64,000 bases of DNA, taken from Patescibacteria group bacterium. Lineage in GTDB: Bacteria; Patescibacteriota; WWE3; UBA101185; 2-01-FULL-41-18. Location of the stretch: contig JBBTST010000002.1 of the NCBI GenBank assembly GCA_038064575.1, positions 9,992 through 73,991 on the forward strand, written 5' to 3'. Shown here in pieces: positions 62,677 through 64,000 of this stretch. The notes under the pieces are model-generated. The model was not told the origin of the DNA. It did no database searches and saw only the letters and a list, made by a program, of their open reading frames with translations. A program made the translations under genes and the position numbers. The first letter of the stretch is position 1; each line of letters begins with the position of its first letter.

Positions 62677-64000
62677 TGAAAGCAGAAATAGAAGGTGGTG
62701 AGCCCTTAATTGGAAGAGTTAGAGTATCCGGATCAAAGAATTCAGCTCTCAAGCTTATTGCTGGAGCTTTGTTTTCTAATGAGGATGTTGTATTAGAAAA
62801 TGTGCCAAGGGTAAGCTCTATACTGTCAGATCTTGAGGTTCTTAAATCCTTAGGTGTGTCTTTTTCCTGGGAGGCCTTGGGTAAGCTTAAGATCAATGCA
62901 AAAGACCTAAATCTTTCTGAGATACCTTTGGAGAGCAATTCCAGATACAGAACTTTGGCTCTTTTAACAGGTCCTCTACTGTACAGATTTGGAAGGGCCA
63001 GAATACCAAAACCTAGAAGCGAGCTGTTTTTAACCTCTCCCATAAACAGGTGGCTTGAGACTTGGGATAGCTTGGGCTTTTCTATTTTAGAAAGCACTAA
63101 CTTTTATGACATAGAATCAAAGAGGTCTCAAAGTTCAGAGATCAATTTTAAACTCAATACAGTGATGGGAACTGAAAATGCCATTCTTTCATCAGTTTTT
63201 ATACCCGGTACCACAACCATAAATAATGCCGCAGCTGAGCCGGAAGTTGATGACCTGGTAGCTTTTCTGAATGCTTTGGGAGGTAATGTTAAAAGAGTTG
63301 AAGAGAGAAAAATAATTATCAACGGGATGGCCACTTTTGAGGGGACTAAGTATACGGTTATGCCTGACAGAAGCGAGGTGGTTGCTTTATCTATAGCGGC
63401 ACTCCTAACAAATGGGGATTTAGAGATACAAGGTTCTACCTCATCAGATTTGTTACCGTTTGTTAGAAAACTTGAAGCTGTCAAAGCAAATTTTGAGTTT
63501 AAGGGGGATGTCTTAAGAATCTGGAAACATAAAAATGATGTTTTAGAGGCTGTTACAGTGGAAACGTCCCCATTTCCCGGTTTTACTACCGACTGGCAAC
63601 CGCTGATGACAGTTCTTTTGACTCAGGCTAAAGGTACAAGTTTTATACATGAAACCATTTATACTGACAGACTTTTATACACTAAGGACTTGAATAGAAT
63701 GGGAGCCAAGATAACACTTCTTAAGCCTTCCGAGGTTGGATTACAGCCAGTAATAAGTGAGGATTCTTACGATTTTGAGAAACTTGGTGAGCCCTTTACT
63801 GTAGCAAAAATTGAAGGGTCAACGCCTCTTAGAAGAGAGAGAATAAACGTTTCTGATCCCAGATTTTCAATAGCTTTGATACTTGCCTCCCTTTGTGCAA
63901 ATGGGGTTAGTGAAGTTCATAGTTTTGAGGCGGTTAATGACTTATTTGAAAACTTTTCAGAAAAGCTAAAGGCTCTTGGAGCAAAAATTAAAATAATTAG
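62677..64000 (+). CDS. murA: UDP-N-acetylglucosamine 1-carboxyvinyltransferase MurA (C-terminus beyond window)
   Basis: MKAEIEGGEPLIGRVRVSGSKNSALKLIAGALFSNEDVVLENVPRVSSILSDLEVLKSLGV is collinear with MurA, and the reading frame stays open to the window end. The minus-strand ORFs 62666..63097 and 63128..63484 lie antisense to it. Confidence 0.8.

Noticed and set aside
62666-63484. Two minus-strand ORFs (143 and 118 aa)
   Set aside because: Antisense to an open + frame with unmistakable MurA homology from 62677 to the window end.
1-64000. tRNA genes, CRISPR arrays, transposases or integrases, prophage genes
   Set aside because: No tRNA-like T-arm/acceptor pattern (GGTTCGAATCC-type) seen in the intergenic regions by manual scan. 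No spaced direct repeats. No DDE or tyrosine-recombinase-like ORFs. A manual scan could miss a divergent tRNA.

Overview
This is a 64 kb window from a low-GC (roughly 35%) compact bacterial genome. The gene content and streamlining suggest a Patescibacteria/CPR-like organism, but that is inference from sequence features only. Positions 1-26 kb are dominated by one large cell-surface glycan or glycosylation locus, almost all on the + strand. It contains an NAD-dependent epimerase at the window edge, at least five large polytopic membrane proteins that look GT-C-like (ArnT/PMT/YfhO-like), four GT1/GT4 and two GT2 glycosyltransferases, a Wzx-type flippase, a WbaP/PglC-type initiating phosphoglycosyl transferase, and an unusual fusion of an O-antigen-ligase/Wzy-like domain to a PMT/ArnT-like GT-C domain. 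A roughly 50% GC, 0.7 kb cassette with its own promoter is embedded in this locus. Positions 26-64 kb are mostly housekeeping: recO; glyQS, preceded by a T-box-like leader that appears to work by translational sequestration; a truncated dcw cluster (mraZ-rsmH-ftsL-ftsI) with a promoter and MraZ-type direct repeats; yraN; an LCP-family gene; phosphomannomutase; ppsA; enolase; a Nudix and a VOC-family gene; and a histidine phosphatase. There is a DNA-repair neighbourhood of lexA, a HelD-like helicase, uvrB, a class A PBP, uvrA, a transglutaminase-like surface protein and a C-terminally truncated uvrC. The window ends with secG and the start of murA. Several short islands of roughly 50% GC carry small ORFs, and several intrinsic-terminator-like hairpins are present. 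No rRNA, tRNA, CRISPR array, transposase or integrase was recognised. The least understood parts are the glycan locus architecture, the GC-rich islands, and a hypothetical block at 38-40 kb (a 2H-phosphoesterase-like gene, an unknown 360 aa gene and a small terminated transcript).
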